A stretch of 63,086 nt of DNA, counting the filler, from Chiloscyllium plagiosum (lineage: Eukaryota), in the NCBI RefSeq assembly GCF_004010195.1. It is 4 parts of one record of this genome, joined end to end, with 100 filler letters (N's around TTAATTAATTAA, not from the genome) between each part and the next. Parts side by side here need not be neighbours in the genome. Positions count along the whole stretch, not along the records: positions 21,772 to 48,794 come from NC_057712.1; 3 more parts are not named here. One strand, written 5' to 3'. The notes under the pieces were generated by a model, which was not told where the DNA came from, did not search any database, and saw nothing but the letters and a program-made list of their open reading frames with translations. Position 1 is the stretch's first letter; every line of letters begins with the position of its first letter. Both the position numbers and the translations under genes were made by a program. Positions 35,185-47,397 of the stretch are shown here, in pieces.

Positions 35185-36484
35185 GATAAGGCAAGGACTG
35201 ATTAGGGAGAGTCAACATGGCTTTGTGTATGGAAAATCATGTCTCACAAACTTGATTGAGTTTTTTGAAGCAACAAAGAAGATTGATGAGGGCAGAGTAG
35301 TTGATGTGATCTATATGGACTTTAGTAAGGCGTTTGACAAGGTTCCCCATGGGAGACTGATTAGCAAGGTTAGATCTCATGGAATAAAGGGAGAACTAGC
35401 CATTTGGATACAGAACTGGCTCAAGGGTAGAAGACAGAGGGTGGTGGTGAGGGTCCTCTACTTTTTGTCATTTACATAAATGATTTGGATGCGAGCATAA
35501 GAGGTACAGTTAGTAAGTTTGCAGATGACACCAAAATTGGAGGTGTAGTGGACAGTGAAGAGGGTTACCTCAGATTACAACAGGATCTGGATCAGAGGGG
35601 CCAAATCTTAGCAGGACCTATACACTTAATGGTAAGGTCCTAGGGAGTGTTGCTGAACAAAGAGACCTTGGAGTGCAGGTTCATAGCTCCTTGAAAGTGG
35701 AGTTGCAGGTAGATAGGATAGTGAAGGCGGTGTTTAGTATGCTTTCCTTTATTGGTCAAAGTACTGAGTACAGGAGTTGGGAGGTCATGTTGCAGCTGTA
35801 CAGGACATTGGTTAGGCCACTGTTGGAATATTGCATGCAATTCTGGTCTCCTTCCTATCGGAAAGATNNNNNNNNNNNNNNNNNNNNNNNNNNNNNNNNN
35901 NNNNNNNNNNNNNNNNNNNNNNNNNNNNNNNNNNNNNNNNNNNNNNNNNNNNNNNNNNNNNNNNNNNNNNNNNNNNNNNNNNNNNNNNNNNNNNNNNNNN
36001 NNNNNNNNNNNNNNNNNNNNNNNNNNNNNNNNNNNNNNNNNNNNNNNNNNNNNNNNNNNNNNNNNNNNNNNNNNNNNNNNNNNNNNNNNNNNNNNNNNNN
36101 NNNNNNNNNNNNNNNNNNNNNNNNNNNNNNNNNNNNNNNNNNNNNNNNNNNNNNNNNNNNNNNNNNNNNNNNNNNNNNNNNNNNNNNNNNNNNNNNNNNN
36201 NNNNNNNNNNNNNNNNNNNNNNNNNNNNNNNNNNNNNNNNNNNNNNNNNNNNNNNNNNNNNNNNNNNNNNNNNNNGTATGGAATGAGCTGCCAGAGGATG
36301 TGGTGGAGGCTGGTACAATTGCAACATTTAAGATGCATTTGAATGTGTATATGAATAGGAAGGGTTTGGAGGGATATGGGCCAGGTGCTGGCAGGTGGGA
36401 CGAGATTGGATTGGGATATCTGGTCGGCATGGACAGGTTGGACCGAAGGGTCTGTTTCCATGCTGTACATTTCTATGACTCTAT
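35185..36484 (+). mobile_element. CR1 (HER1-like) RT to 3' UTR; contains an N gap
   Basis: ESQHGFVYGKSCLTNLIEFFE, YMDFSKAFDKVPH, SKFADDTKIGG; tail TTCTATGACTCTAT. Confidence 0.93.
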
Positions 36485-36564
36485 AAAAGAAAACATGTTT
36501 TGTGATTCGGAAATACAACATTGGAAATGCAGCTACATCGTATACATCAAAAACATTAGTTAGA

Positions 36565-37560
36565 AACCTCACAGTCATAGAATTGCGGAAATGGTGCAAA
36601 AGGAGGCCATTTAGGCAGCACGGTGGCTCAGTAGTTAGCACTGTTGCCTCACAGCACCAGAAACCCGGGTTCAATTCCTGCCTTGGGCAACTGTGTGTGG
36701 AGTTTGCACATTCTCCCTGTGTCTGCATGGGTTTCCTATGGGTGCTCTGGTTTCCTCTCACAGTCCAAAGATGTGCAGGTCAGGTGAATTGGTCATGCTA
36801 AATTGCCCATAGTGTTAGGTGCATTAGTCAGAGGGAAATGGGTCCTAGTGGGTTACATTTCCAAGGGTCGGTTTGGACTTGTTTGGCCGAAGGGTCTGTT
36901 TCCTCACTGTAGGGAATCTAATCAAAATTTGGCTTATTATGCCTGCACCAGTTCTACTCTATAATGCCAATCTCCTGCTTTTCCCCTGCATCTCTGCGTA
37001 CCATTTCTATCCAAAAAAATCTATCCAACACCTAGGATGAACCTGCCTCCATTACATTTCCAGAAAGTGCATTCCATACATTAACTATCCTCTGCATTGA
37101 AAAGATTTTCTTCATGGCACACTTGCTTCAATTGCATATACTTTCAATCTACGTTCTCTTATTGTTGTTCCTTTTATGAGCAAGAACAGCTGTTCCCTAT
37201 TACTCTATCCAGTCAGCTTATGATTTTGTAAACTTCTATCACATGCCCTCTCAGCCATCTTCTTTCCAAGGAAACAGTTCCAACTTCTTCAATCTATCCT
37301 CATAGATAAATTTTGGCATTTCTGGAACCATATTTGCAAATTGCTTCTGCACTACCTCCAATGCATTCACATCTTTCGTATAATATGGTGTCCACAATTG
37401 TGCACATTACTCCAGCCTAGGTCTAACAAATGTTAAAAATCACCTTTCGTACACTGGTCTTGTACTCCATGCCCTTCATAATGAAAAACATTGTACCTTT
37501 TATTAACTGCTCTCTCCACCTGTCCTGCCATCTTTAATACTCTGTTCACATATATACCCA

Positions 37561-37598
<38 letters not shown>

Positions 37599-37625
37599 TC
37601 CTGCAGCCCATTTGGACATCTGAGG
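36565..37625 (-). mobile_element. Old CR1 3' portion split by the SINE; contains a (TG)n microsatellite at 37561-37588
   Basis: Tail CACAGTCATAGAAT...GGAGGCCATTT left of the SINE; CR1 ORF2-like minus-strand sequence (LE*CAQLWTPY) to the right. Confidence 0.65.
36613..36923 (+). mobile_element. HE1-like V-SINE
   Basis: GGCAGCACGGTGGCTCAGTAGTTAGC head, GGTTCAATTCC B box, V core and CR1-like tail. Confidence 0.92.
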
Positions 37626-37826
37626 ATGTGATAAACAAACTCATCATAAAATACTGTTATCTGTTCTGAATAAACAACACTGATGGGTAAGCCACAGTAC
37701 AATGTCAAGTTCTACCAGTTGCTAATTGTTGACTTTAAATTTAAGATGAATTATTTTTGTTCAGCAAAAGCAATAAGGGATATGGGTCAAAGGCAGGCAT
37801 ATTCAGTTAGGTCATGGATTAGTCAT

Positions 37827-38845
37827 TGAATTGAATTGAATTGAACTTATTGTCACGTGTACCAAGACATAGTGAAAGTTTTGCCTTGCGAGCAATACAG
37901 GCAGATCATATATATAAATAAATAACAGGTAAACAGCAGCAAAAACAAAAACACAAGTGCAGGTAAATCAAAGAGTTTGAGAGTCCATTCAGTATTTGAA
38001 CAACAGTAGGGTAGAAACTGTTATGAAACTGGCTGGTGCATGTTCAGGCTTCTGTACTTCCTCCCTGATGGTAGAGGTTACAGGAAAATATTGCCAGATG
38101 GGATGGATCTTTGAGAATGCTGGCGGCCTTTCCTTGACAGTGGGCCTGGTAGACGGATTCTATAAATGGGAGGTAGGCCTTTGTGATTGTCCAGACTGAG
38201 TCCACCACTCTCAGTAACTGTCTCCGATCTTGAATGGTACAATTGCCATACCTGGTAGTAATACATCCAGACAGAATGCTCTCGATGAAGCACCTATAAA
38301 AGTTGGCAAGCCGTCATGCCAAATTTCCTCAGCTGCCAGAGGATGAACATACATTGTTGGGCCTTTGTAACCAGTGCGTGCACATTAAGAGTCCGTGAAA
38401 GCTTGTTGTGGATGATCACTCCCAGGAGCTTGACACTCTCCACACGTTCCACCTCTGTGCTGTTAATGTGTAGGGGGCATGAGTAACATCCCACCAACAG
38501 TTAATAAGATGTTCCTTGGTTTTGCCGACACTGAGACTAGGTTGTTCTCAGTGCACCATTTCACAGGTCTTCCATCTCCCGTCTGTGGCCTGTTTGATAA
38601 CCATCTGAGATTTGACTGACTATGGTGGCGTTATCAGTGAACTTTTAAATGGCATTAGTTGGCGATGCAGTCATGGATATACAATGAGTACAGTTGGGGG
38701 CTGAGTACGCACCTCTGGGAGGCTCCAGTGTGGAGTGTTCGTGAGGATGAAATATTGTCCCCAATCTTCACTGATTGTGGACTGTGGATCAGGAAACTGA
38801 GGATCCAGTTGCAGAGAATGGGGCTTAGTCCGAGATCACTAAGTC
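37827..38845 (-). mobile_element. Rex1/Babar LINE, 5'-truncated
   Basis: Colinear with 14120-15140; PLHINSTEVERVESVKLLGV; (AATTC)n tail. Confidence 0.92.
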
Positions 38846-38909
38846 ATGTCCTATTGAATGGTGGAACAAATACGCGGGACTGATCAGACTCCATATGTTC
38901 CTACGTAAC

Positions 38910-39070
38910 ATAAACTTGCTGGGTCAAAATCCAGGAATTCCCTCCCAAATGACAAAGCAGGTCTATTTTGACCACTAGATATCAGTAGTTTAAAAGGCAA
39001 TTCACCACCACCTTCTCAAGGGCATCTCTGACAGGCAATAAAGGCTGAACCAGCCAGCATTCAGGAGTAA
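38910..39070 (+). mobile_element. CR1/L2-group LINE 3' end
   Basis: GCTGGGTCAAAATCCAGGAATTCCCTCCC...CACCACCACCTTCTCAAGGGCA; matches 21155-21260. Confidence 0.65.
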
Positions 39071-39202
39071 ATAAAATCCCAAAGACTGTGCAGGGATGAT
39101 GGACCTGATTAGAGGTAGATGTGAGCCAATCTTTGAAGGTTCTGAGAAATATTGACAGAACTCAAAATAGAGGAGCCTGAACCAACCAACTCCCATTCCT
39201 AG

Positions 39203-39930
39203 ATGTGATGGTACAGAGAACACCGAACGGAGAATTCGCCACAAAGGTATACAGGAAAGCCACACACACACACCAAGTCCTGAACTACGAAAGCAACCAC
39301 CTCAACACACACAAAATAAGTTGCATCAAGACACTGTTCAAAAGGGCCACAACACACTTCAGCACACCAGAACTGCAAAATGAGGAATAAGAACACCTCT
39401 ACAATGTATTCACCAAAAACGGATACATCTGCAATTTCATCAACAGTTGCCTAAGGGAAGACAACGGAATGAGGACATGACACAACCCAAAGGACTAGCC
39501 ACGTTACCATACATCAAGAACATTTCTGAACTGACAGACTACTACGACCACTAGGACTCATAACAGCACACAAACCAACAGCCATTCTCAGACAACAACT
39601 CACCAGGACAAAGGACCCCAAACCCAGCATGAACAAAACCAACGTAGTGTACCAAATCCCATGCAAGGACTGCACAAAACACTACATAGGACAAACAGGA
39701 AGACAGCTAACGATCCATATCCATGAACACCAACTAGCCACGAAACGACACGACCAGCTATCCTTAGTAGCCACACACGCGGAAGACAAGCAACATGAGT
39801 TTGGCTTGTCCTATAATAGTAGTGTTGTCCCAGTCGAACAGAGAACAGCCAGGGAATTCCTAGAGGCATGGCACTCATTCACAGATTCTATCAACAAACA
39901 CATCGACCTGGACCCAATATGCCGGCCATG
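39203..39930 (+). mobile_element. Poseidon-type PLE fragment (RT thumb plus GIY-YIG)
   Basis: TKVYRKATHTHQVLNYESNH, LPYIKNISE, NVVYQIPCKDCTKHYIGQTGR, REFLEAWHS; no Cys-rich linker. Confidence 0.9.
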
Positions 39931-40109
39931 TCAGGGTCCATGAGAGGATGCAGAGATGACTCCAGGGTGAAGTGTTATTGGCTACAAGATCAGGTGGAAG
40001 AAGGTCTGAAGAAGAATTAAATCACCAACAGACCTGCTGTGCTTCTCCGGCACTATCTATTTTTATTTCAGATATCCAGCAGGTGCAGTATATAGCTTCT
40101 ATTATCCTC

Positions 40110-41050
40110 CTTGGAGTGAAGCAAGTTAAGGGAAGGTTGGATAGAGGTGTATCAGATTATGGCAGGTTTAGCTATAGTAAACAAAAAAAAATTGTACCTG
40201 TTAGCAGATGGTGCAGAGCTGAGGAATACAAATTGCAGGTTTTGGACAAGAAATGCAGAGGGAATGTGAGGAAGAACTTTTTTTATGCAAAGAACGGCAA
40301 TGATCCAGAACTCTCTGCCGACAAAAGTGCTGAAATCAAAGAAAGTGAATGATTTTAAAAGGAAAGTGGATGGATGCTTGAGAAATGTGAACTTCTGGCA
40401 ATAGAACAGAGGAAGTGGACTGATTTTGATGACCTTGAAAGCATAGGAAATACAGGAGTAGAGGTAGGCCATTTAGCCCTTAAGCCTGATCATCATCTGC
40501 CACAACCTCAATGCTGTATTCCCATATTATTCTCATATTCTTTAAAGTCATTCACATCTAAAAATCTATCGTTCTCTGTGTTGAATGAATTCAATGATTG
40601 ACCTCTATAGTTTCTGGGGTAGAGAGTTCTCAAAATTCACGAACCAAAGAAACTCCTCTTCATTTCAGCCCTAAATAACTTTCCCCATATTCTGTGGCTA
40701 CAGCCCCTGGTTCAAGACTCTCATCTAGGGAGACACATCCTTTCTTCATCCACACTGTCTGTCAGGCCCATTAAGAAATATATAAGGTTCTCTGTGATTA
40801 CCTCTCATTCTTCAAACTCTTCAGTCTTCAAATGAACACATACCCAGTCTCCTCAATCTCTCTTCAGAAGACAGTATCTCCATTACAATCTGGTGAACCT
40901 CCACTGTACTCACGTATATTAGTTTTACAAAAGAAAACCACAATCATAAATAATACACGAACAGCAGGCTTTTGCCAAGGCTCCAAAAACTGGAAACATC
41001 TTCATTCCTGCACTCAAATCCTTTTCTAATAGTGACCAACATACCATTCA
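40110..41050. mobile_element. Two old CR1 3' fragments, tail to tail (+ about 40110-40430; - about 40440-41050)
   Basis: VRKNFFY on the plus strand; CATAGGAAATACAGGAGTAGAGGTAGGCCATTTAGCCC tail on the minus strand. Confidence 0.6.
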
Positions 41051-41294
41051 CCTGTTAAGAGGACAAATAGCCTCCTTGTGTGCAGTACTGAGATGATAGT
41101 TATAACTCGATTCTTACCAGAAATCATTAGGTTTAGTCATAATTGACTGGTTGTGTCTAAACTGTAAATTATTCCATCATCTCCTCTCATGATTGAAGAA
41201 CCCATTGTGGGATCAGTATGGACATTCATAGAGCTCATGTTTTTGTTCACGCATAGGATGAACTCCTGCAGCTGTGATTTCTCTGGCCTTCTTC

Positions 41295-42035
41295 AGAACA
41301 CCACCCACAATGTACACGGCAGGTACTCATGCGACTCAACCACCTTGTCCATCCGATATGCTGCAGGCAAGAATGCCCCGAGACATGGTACATTGGTGAG
41401 ACCAAATAGACGCTATGACAACAGATGAATGGACACTGTGCAACGATCACCATACAGAGATGTTCCTTCCCAGTCAAGGAACATTTCAGCAGTCAGGTAC
41501 ATTCGGTCACAGATCTTCAGGTGATTGTCCTCCAAGGCGGACTTCAGGACACACAACAATGCAGATTGGCCAAGCAATGGCTGACAGCCAAGTTCGGTAT
41601 CCATGAGAATGGCCTCAACCAGGACCTTGGGTTCATGTCACACTACAGATGACTCCACACTCGTGTGCACACACTCACACGCACTCTTACATACTCGCAC
41701 ACTCATGCAGACCCTCACTCAGACACACCTCCACACTCACACCCATGCGCACACCCTCTCACAGGCATATACATTGAATATCAGATTATCTGAATATCAG
41801 ATTATCCCGAAAGTTCACAAGGTCCCGATATTTGGCTAAACTATGTTATCTGGCATTCAGTTAACTGAATGAAATACTCCCTGCCCTGTCCTTCTAATAA
41901 TTGAGGTTCCTCCGTACTCCATCTCTCTCACTCACACACACACTCACACAAGTCAAAGGGGTGAATTTGCATTTGTATAATTGTATTTGCGGATATTCTA
42001 TTTTTGTTCAAAAAGCACACATTCTATAGACAGGC
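41295..42035 (+). mobile_element. Third PLE lineage: GIY-YIG C-terminus and CA-rich 3' UTR (continues at 46020)
   Basis: VHGRYSCDS, YIGETK, MNGH, PVKEHFS, GLNQDLGFMSHY. Confidence 0.8.
41772..41914. mobile_element. Tigger/pogo-like MITE
   Basis: TA-flanked; right end GAGGTTCCTCCG matches the reverse complement of CAGAGGAACCTC at 43981 (11/12); GATTATC repeats. Confidence 0.6.
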
Positions 42036-42581
42036 ACTTAAACTATTGGAGCACCAATGTCTTGGGCGGGCAATTTGCTAGAGCACGTCAGGAGAGTTTA
42101 AACTAGTTTGGCAGGGGGATGGAAACCAAAGCTACAGATCAGAGGAGAGGGCAATTGTTGAATGGGTAGAAGTAGAATGCACAGAACCTGTCAGGAAGGA
42201 TACACAGGGCAAAGAGATGGGTTAAGGTGTGTCTGTCTCAATGCAAGGAGTGTCAGGAATAAGTGTGATGAACGTAGAGCATGGATCAGTACTTGGAACT
42301 ATGATGCTGTGGCCATAACATGGATTTCACAGGGGCAGAAATAGTTGCTGGATGTTCCAGGGTTTAGATCTTCTAAAAAGAACAGTGGGGTGGGGGAAGG
42401 AGGGAGAGTAGCATTGTTAATTAGAGAGTGCATCACAGCTACAGTAAAGGAGGTTGTTGAGGAGAATGTGTCTAAGTCAATATGGGTGGAAGTCAGTAAC
42501 AGGAAAGGAGCTGTCACTTCATTGAGTGTTTTTTTTGCACCCCCCCCCCCAGCAGCTTGGACAGCAGATCTTGGAAAAATG

Positions 42582-42696
42582 GGGAAAGTGAGGACTGCAG
42601 ATGTTGGAGATCAGAGTCAAAAAGTATGGCGCTAGAAAAGCAGGAGCCATTCTGCTCCTTGGTTGCTGCCTGACCGGCTGTGCTTTTCCAACACTA
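42582..42696. mobile_element. PLE mini-insertion with inversion inside the CR1
   Basis: Minus-strand tail plus a plus-strand pLTR piece; degenerate TSD CAGATCTTGGAAAAATG / CAGATCTTTGAAAATTG. Confidence 0.8.
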
Positions 42697-43980
42697 CAGA
42701 TCTTTGAAAATTGCAGATGTAACACAGTTGTTGTTATGAATGGCTTCAACTTCCCCAAAATTGATTGGAATCTCCTTAGTACACATAATCTGGATGGAGC
42801 CGATTTTGTCAGGTATGCCCAGGAAGGATTCATGACTCAATATGTAGATAGGCCAACTAGAGGGGGAGGCCATATTGAATTTGGTGCTAGGCAACGAGCC
42901 AGACCACGTGCAGGATCTCTCGGTGGAAGAGCATTTCAGTCACAGTGATCACAACTGCCCCACTTTTACACTAGCCACGGAGAGGGATAAGAACAGACAA
43001 TATGGGAAGGTATTTGATTGGGGGAAGGGAAATTATACTATTAGACAGGAGCTGTGGAGTATAAATTGGGAATAATTGTTCCACGGGAAATGCACAACAG
43101 AAATGTGGGGGTTGTTTAAGGAGCACTTGTTGCAAGTATTGGATTATTTTGTCCCACTCAGGCAGGCAAGGAATGGTAAGGAGAAGGAGCCTTCGATGAC
43201 AAGAGAAGAGGAGATTCTCATCAAGAGGAAGAAGGATTTGGCACAGCTTTAGAGGATTACAGGGTAGCAAGGAATGAATTCACAAATGAACTGAGGAGAG
43301 TTAGGAGGGTGTATGAAAAAGCCTTGGCAGGAAGGATTACAGAAAACGCAAAAGCATTCTGTACTTAAGTGAGGAATAAGAGAATGATCAGAGAGAGGGT
43401 AGGGCCGATCAGGGATAGTGGAGGGAACTTGTGCCTGAAGTCTGAAGAGGTCAGGGAGACCCAAAGAGTTTTTTGCTTCAGTATTTACTAGAGAGGGACC
43501 TTGTTCATAGTGAGAACACAGTGGACTAGGTTAATAGGCTTGAACAGACTGATATTAAGAAAGTAGATGTGCTAGAAATTCTGGGAAGCACCAAGATAAA
43601 TAAGTCTCCAGGGCTGGACCAGATATATCCAAGGTTACTATGGGAAGAGAGGAATGAGATTGGTGTGCGTCTGGCAATGATCTTTGCATCCTCACTCTCC
43701 ACGGGAGTAATACTGGATGATTGGAGGGAGGCAAATGTTGTCCTCTGTTCAAGAAAGGGAAAAGGGAAATCCCTGGGAATTATAGACCAGTCAGTCTTAC
43801 ATCTGTGCTAAACAAGGTTCTGGAAAGGATTCTGAGAGATAGGATTTATGACTACTTGGAAAAACACAGCTTTATTAAGGATTCTCTGCACAGCTTTGAC
43901 AGGGGCAGGTCATGTCTCACAAGCCTTATAGAGTTCTTTGAGGATGTGACAAGACAAATTGATAAAGGTCGAGCAGGATA

Positions 43981-44889
43981 CAGAGGAACCTCGGGCATCC
44001 TAATATCAATTATCCGAATATCGGATTATCCAAAGGAGATCTTGAGGTCCCGTTAGAAATATTATATCAAAGAGGTGTTTCCAACACTGATCGCATCTTT
44101 TGTTTACAGTGATTAAAAATGAACTTAGCTTACTGAAATGCTGCCGAGAACAGACCTGGACATTGATGGACGCCCAGGGCACTTGTCTCCAAATGACTGA
44201 CCTCCCACCCCCTCTCTCCCCACACTTTCCCTAGAGTTCTACACAGGTGTGTACCTTAAAACCTCCTTCCCCAGATAATCTCTCCAACATTGTCCTGTTC
44301 AGGGCAAAGATGGAACCAATTAAAATTTGCAGTAAAAGAGTGTGTGTGTGTGTGTGTATATATATGTGTGTGTATATATATATGTGTGTGTGTGTGTGTA
44401 TACACACACACTATTCGGAGACTCACCCCCCCAAAAGGTGGCAGCAGCAGCCGCCTTGTTGTTGGTGTCCAGTCTGGCTGCCCCGAAGAGGGGGCAGGTA
44501 CAGACGGGAGGAGAGATGGGAGGTTGGATGAGGTTGGTGCGGATGGAGGTGCGATGTTGGACAGACAGAGGGCAGTGTTGGACAGGGAGGCAGTGGGGCA
44601 GTGTTGGACACAGGGCGGGCTGGGGCGTAGTGTTGGATGGAGGTGGTTTTGGATGGGGTGCATAGTGTGCAGACGGGGGGACGGTGCTGGTCGGGGTGGC
44701 GCATGGGGGGGTGGATAGGGGCGAGGTCTGATGGGATGCGGGTCTCACGCATGGTATGCTGCTGCCTAGTCTCCTGAACAGGGAGCGGACTTTACAGAAA
44801 ACTCCAAGCCCCAGAGGAAAGGCATTGAATCTGTTAACTGAAAAATCAATTATCCAAATGAAATTGTGCTCGCCCAACTCGTTGCAATC
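43981..44889. mobile_element. Non-autonomous Tigger/pogo-like DNA transposon, right TIR lost; contains (TG/TA)n
   Basis: TA|CAGAGGAACCTC start with ATTATCCGAA subterminal repeats; interrupts the CR1 RT between GRA and SKAFDKV. Confidence 0.65.
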
Positions 44890-46019
44890 AGCAAGGCATT
44901 TGATAAGGTTCGCCACTGTAGGCTCAGTCAGAAAGTTAGAAGGTATGAGATACAGGGAAATTTGTCTTTCTGGATATGGAATTGGCTGGCCAGAAGACAA
45001 CAGTGAGTGGCAGTGGATGGAAAGTATTTTGCCTGGTGATCGGGTGACCAGAGGTGTCGAGTAGGAATCTGTTCTTGGGACTTTGCTCTTTCTAGTTTTT
45101 ATAAATGACTTGGATGAAGAGGTGGAAGGGTGGGTCAGTAGCTTTGCCAATGACACAAAGGTCAGCGGTGTTGTAGATGTGTCGAGGGGTGTTGCAGGCT
45201 ACAATATGACATTGACTGGATGCAGAGCTGGGCTGTGAAGTAGCAGATGGTGTTCAATCTGGACAAATGTGAAGTGATTTATTTTGGAAGGTTGAATTTG
45301 AATGCTGAATACAGGGTCAAAGACAGGATTCTTGGCAGCGTGGATTAACAGGGAGAATCTTGGGGTCCATGTACTTAGATCCCTCAAAGTTGCCACCAAA
45401 ATTAATAGGGTTGTTAAGAAGGCCTATGATGTTTTGGCTTTCATTTACGGGGAATTGAGTTTAAGAGCTGCGAGGTTTTACTGCAGCTCTATAAAGCCCT
45501 AGTTAGACCACACTTGGAATATCGTGGCCAGTTCTTGTTGCCTCATTATAGGAAGGATGCAGGTGCTTCAGAGAAGGTGCAGAGAAGATTTCCAGGATGC
45601 TGCCTTGATTGGATGGCATGTTTTATGAAGAGAGGCTGAGTGAGCTCAGGTTTTTCACACTGAAGAGAAGAAGGAAGAGAGGTGACTTGATAGAGGTGCA
45701 CAGGGTAATGAGAGGCAAAGATAGAGTAGGGCAGAAATGGCTGTCACAAGGGGTCATAATGTTAAGTTGATTGGAGGAAGGTAGAGGGGAGATGTCAGAG
45801 GTAGGCCCTTTACGCAGAGGGTGGTGAGTGCGTGGAATGCATTGCCAGCAGTAGTAGTAGAGTCAGAGACATTAAGGACATTTAAGTGACGGCTTGACAA
45901 GCACATGGATGGCAGTAAATTGAGGGGTGTGTAGGGTTGGTTGATCTTAGATTAGGCTAAATGCTTGGCACAATGTTGCGGGCCAAAGGGCCTGTACTGT
46001 GCTATACTGTTCTATGATC

Positions 46020-46455
46020 TAATTTCTTTTATAATTCATTTGAAATTTTATAAATGCCTGCTTTGGAAATAGAACCAGTCTAACTCAAGATTGGAATACA
46101 GACAGATTCTAACCTCTTACCTTTAATGCTGAGATGTCATTTTGTTTTATAAAACCTTAAGTTATCTCGAGAATATGACTTGAAAGAAGTTCTGGGACTG
46201 ACATATTAATGAATTGAAACCTGCAACCCATTTTAAAAGGTGAATGACTTAACAGCTATCTAGGTTTCTCCAATATATTGCATCAGTTGTATGACACTAT
46301 GATCCTTTGCCATAAAGTATGTATCCTATGATCCTGTTCCACTAGCTGCCTGACGAAGGAACAGCACTCCCAAATAAACCTATTGCACTATGATCTGGTT
46401 TATGTGATTGCTTTTTTCCCTTTGTCCATTCCAGTCCAACACCGGCAACTCCACC
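46020..46455 (+). mobile_element. 3' UTR/pLTR of the PLE interrupted by the CR1
   Basis: Degenerate hammerhead CCTGACGAAGGAACAGCACTCC, then AATAAACC, ending CCAGTCCAACACCGGCAACTCCAC like 2432-2555. Confidence 0.65.
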
Positions 46456-46634
46456 CCAAAGAAACAGGCATATAACCTAGTCACAATGCTCATTTGGAGA
46501 GTAAGGACATGCATGATGGGCTGAATTGCTTTCTGCTGCACTACAGGTGTATAACAATTCCACAAACCAACTCCCTGAATCTGGACAGAAGGTTGAGGCA
46601 GACTGTTCACTAACATTATCTTAGGGAGGGAGTC

Positions 46635-46943
46635 ATATAGAAACATAGAATCCCTATAGTGTGGAATCAGGCCATTCTGCCCATCGAATTTATGGCAACC
46701 CTCTGAAGGGCATCCCACTCTTTCCCTGTAACCCAGTTTTTCCCATGGTTAATCCACCTAGCCTGTACATCTCTGGACTCTTTGGCAATGCAGCATGGCC
46801 AATCCAACTAACCTGCATATCTTGGGATTGTGGGAGGAAACCCATACAGACACAGGGAGAAGTTTCCACTGTCAGTCACCAGAGGGTGAAATCGAACTTG
46901 GATCCCTGGCACTGTGAGGTAGCAGTGTAACCACTGAGCCACG
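46635..46943 (-). mobile_element. Degenerate HE1-like V-SINE
   Basis: tRNA head (GTGGCTCAGTGGTTACACTGCTACCTCACAG) and V core on the minus strand. Confidence 0.8.
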
Positions 46944-47397
46944 TTTCTTGCACTGGTCATTAAACCACAATATGATCAATGAAAGAACATTCCACGTTGA
47001 AGAATTAATGGGAAGACAATCATGGGGAAATATGAAAAAGGGATAAAATTGTGTAAAGTACTCAGCAGGTTGACAACATCCAGGTCAGAAGGTCAGAGAT
47101 CCCTTGGAAGACTTGAGAACTAGGACAAAAGGTAGAAAGAAATTGTCAAAAATCTTGTCCAAGAGAACTCAAAACACGGTCTCTGTTCCTCTCTCTCCAC
47201 ATGCTGCCTAACCTGCTGAGAATTCCCAGCATTTCTTGATTGTATTCCAAATTCCAACAATCACAGTATTTTACTTTTATTGGATCAATGACTAATCTGA
47301 AATGTACAGTTGTACAGTGGGGAGAACTGTACATACATTCAGAGTCTAAATCCATCTTTTTACTATTTAAGAGTTTAGTTTAGTGAGATAATTTTGA

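Larger units (their letters stand above)
42036..46020 (+). mobile_element. Long CR1 LINE (ORF1 end, endonuclease, RT, 3' UTR), degenerate, with nested insertions
   Basis: CLNARSVRNK, GFNFPKIDW, HSDHN, KSPGLDQIYPR, PGNYRPVSLTSV, SFANDTK; tail CTGTTCTATGATCTA. Confidence 0.93.

Noticed and set aside
44247..45156. Overlapping ORFs of 100-278 aa
   Set aside because: They arise from (TG/TA)n and G-rich low-complexity DNA inside a transposon and from antisense CR1.
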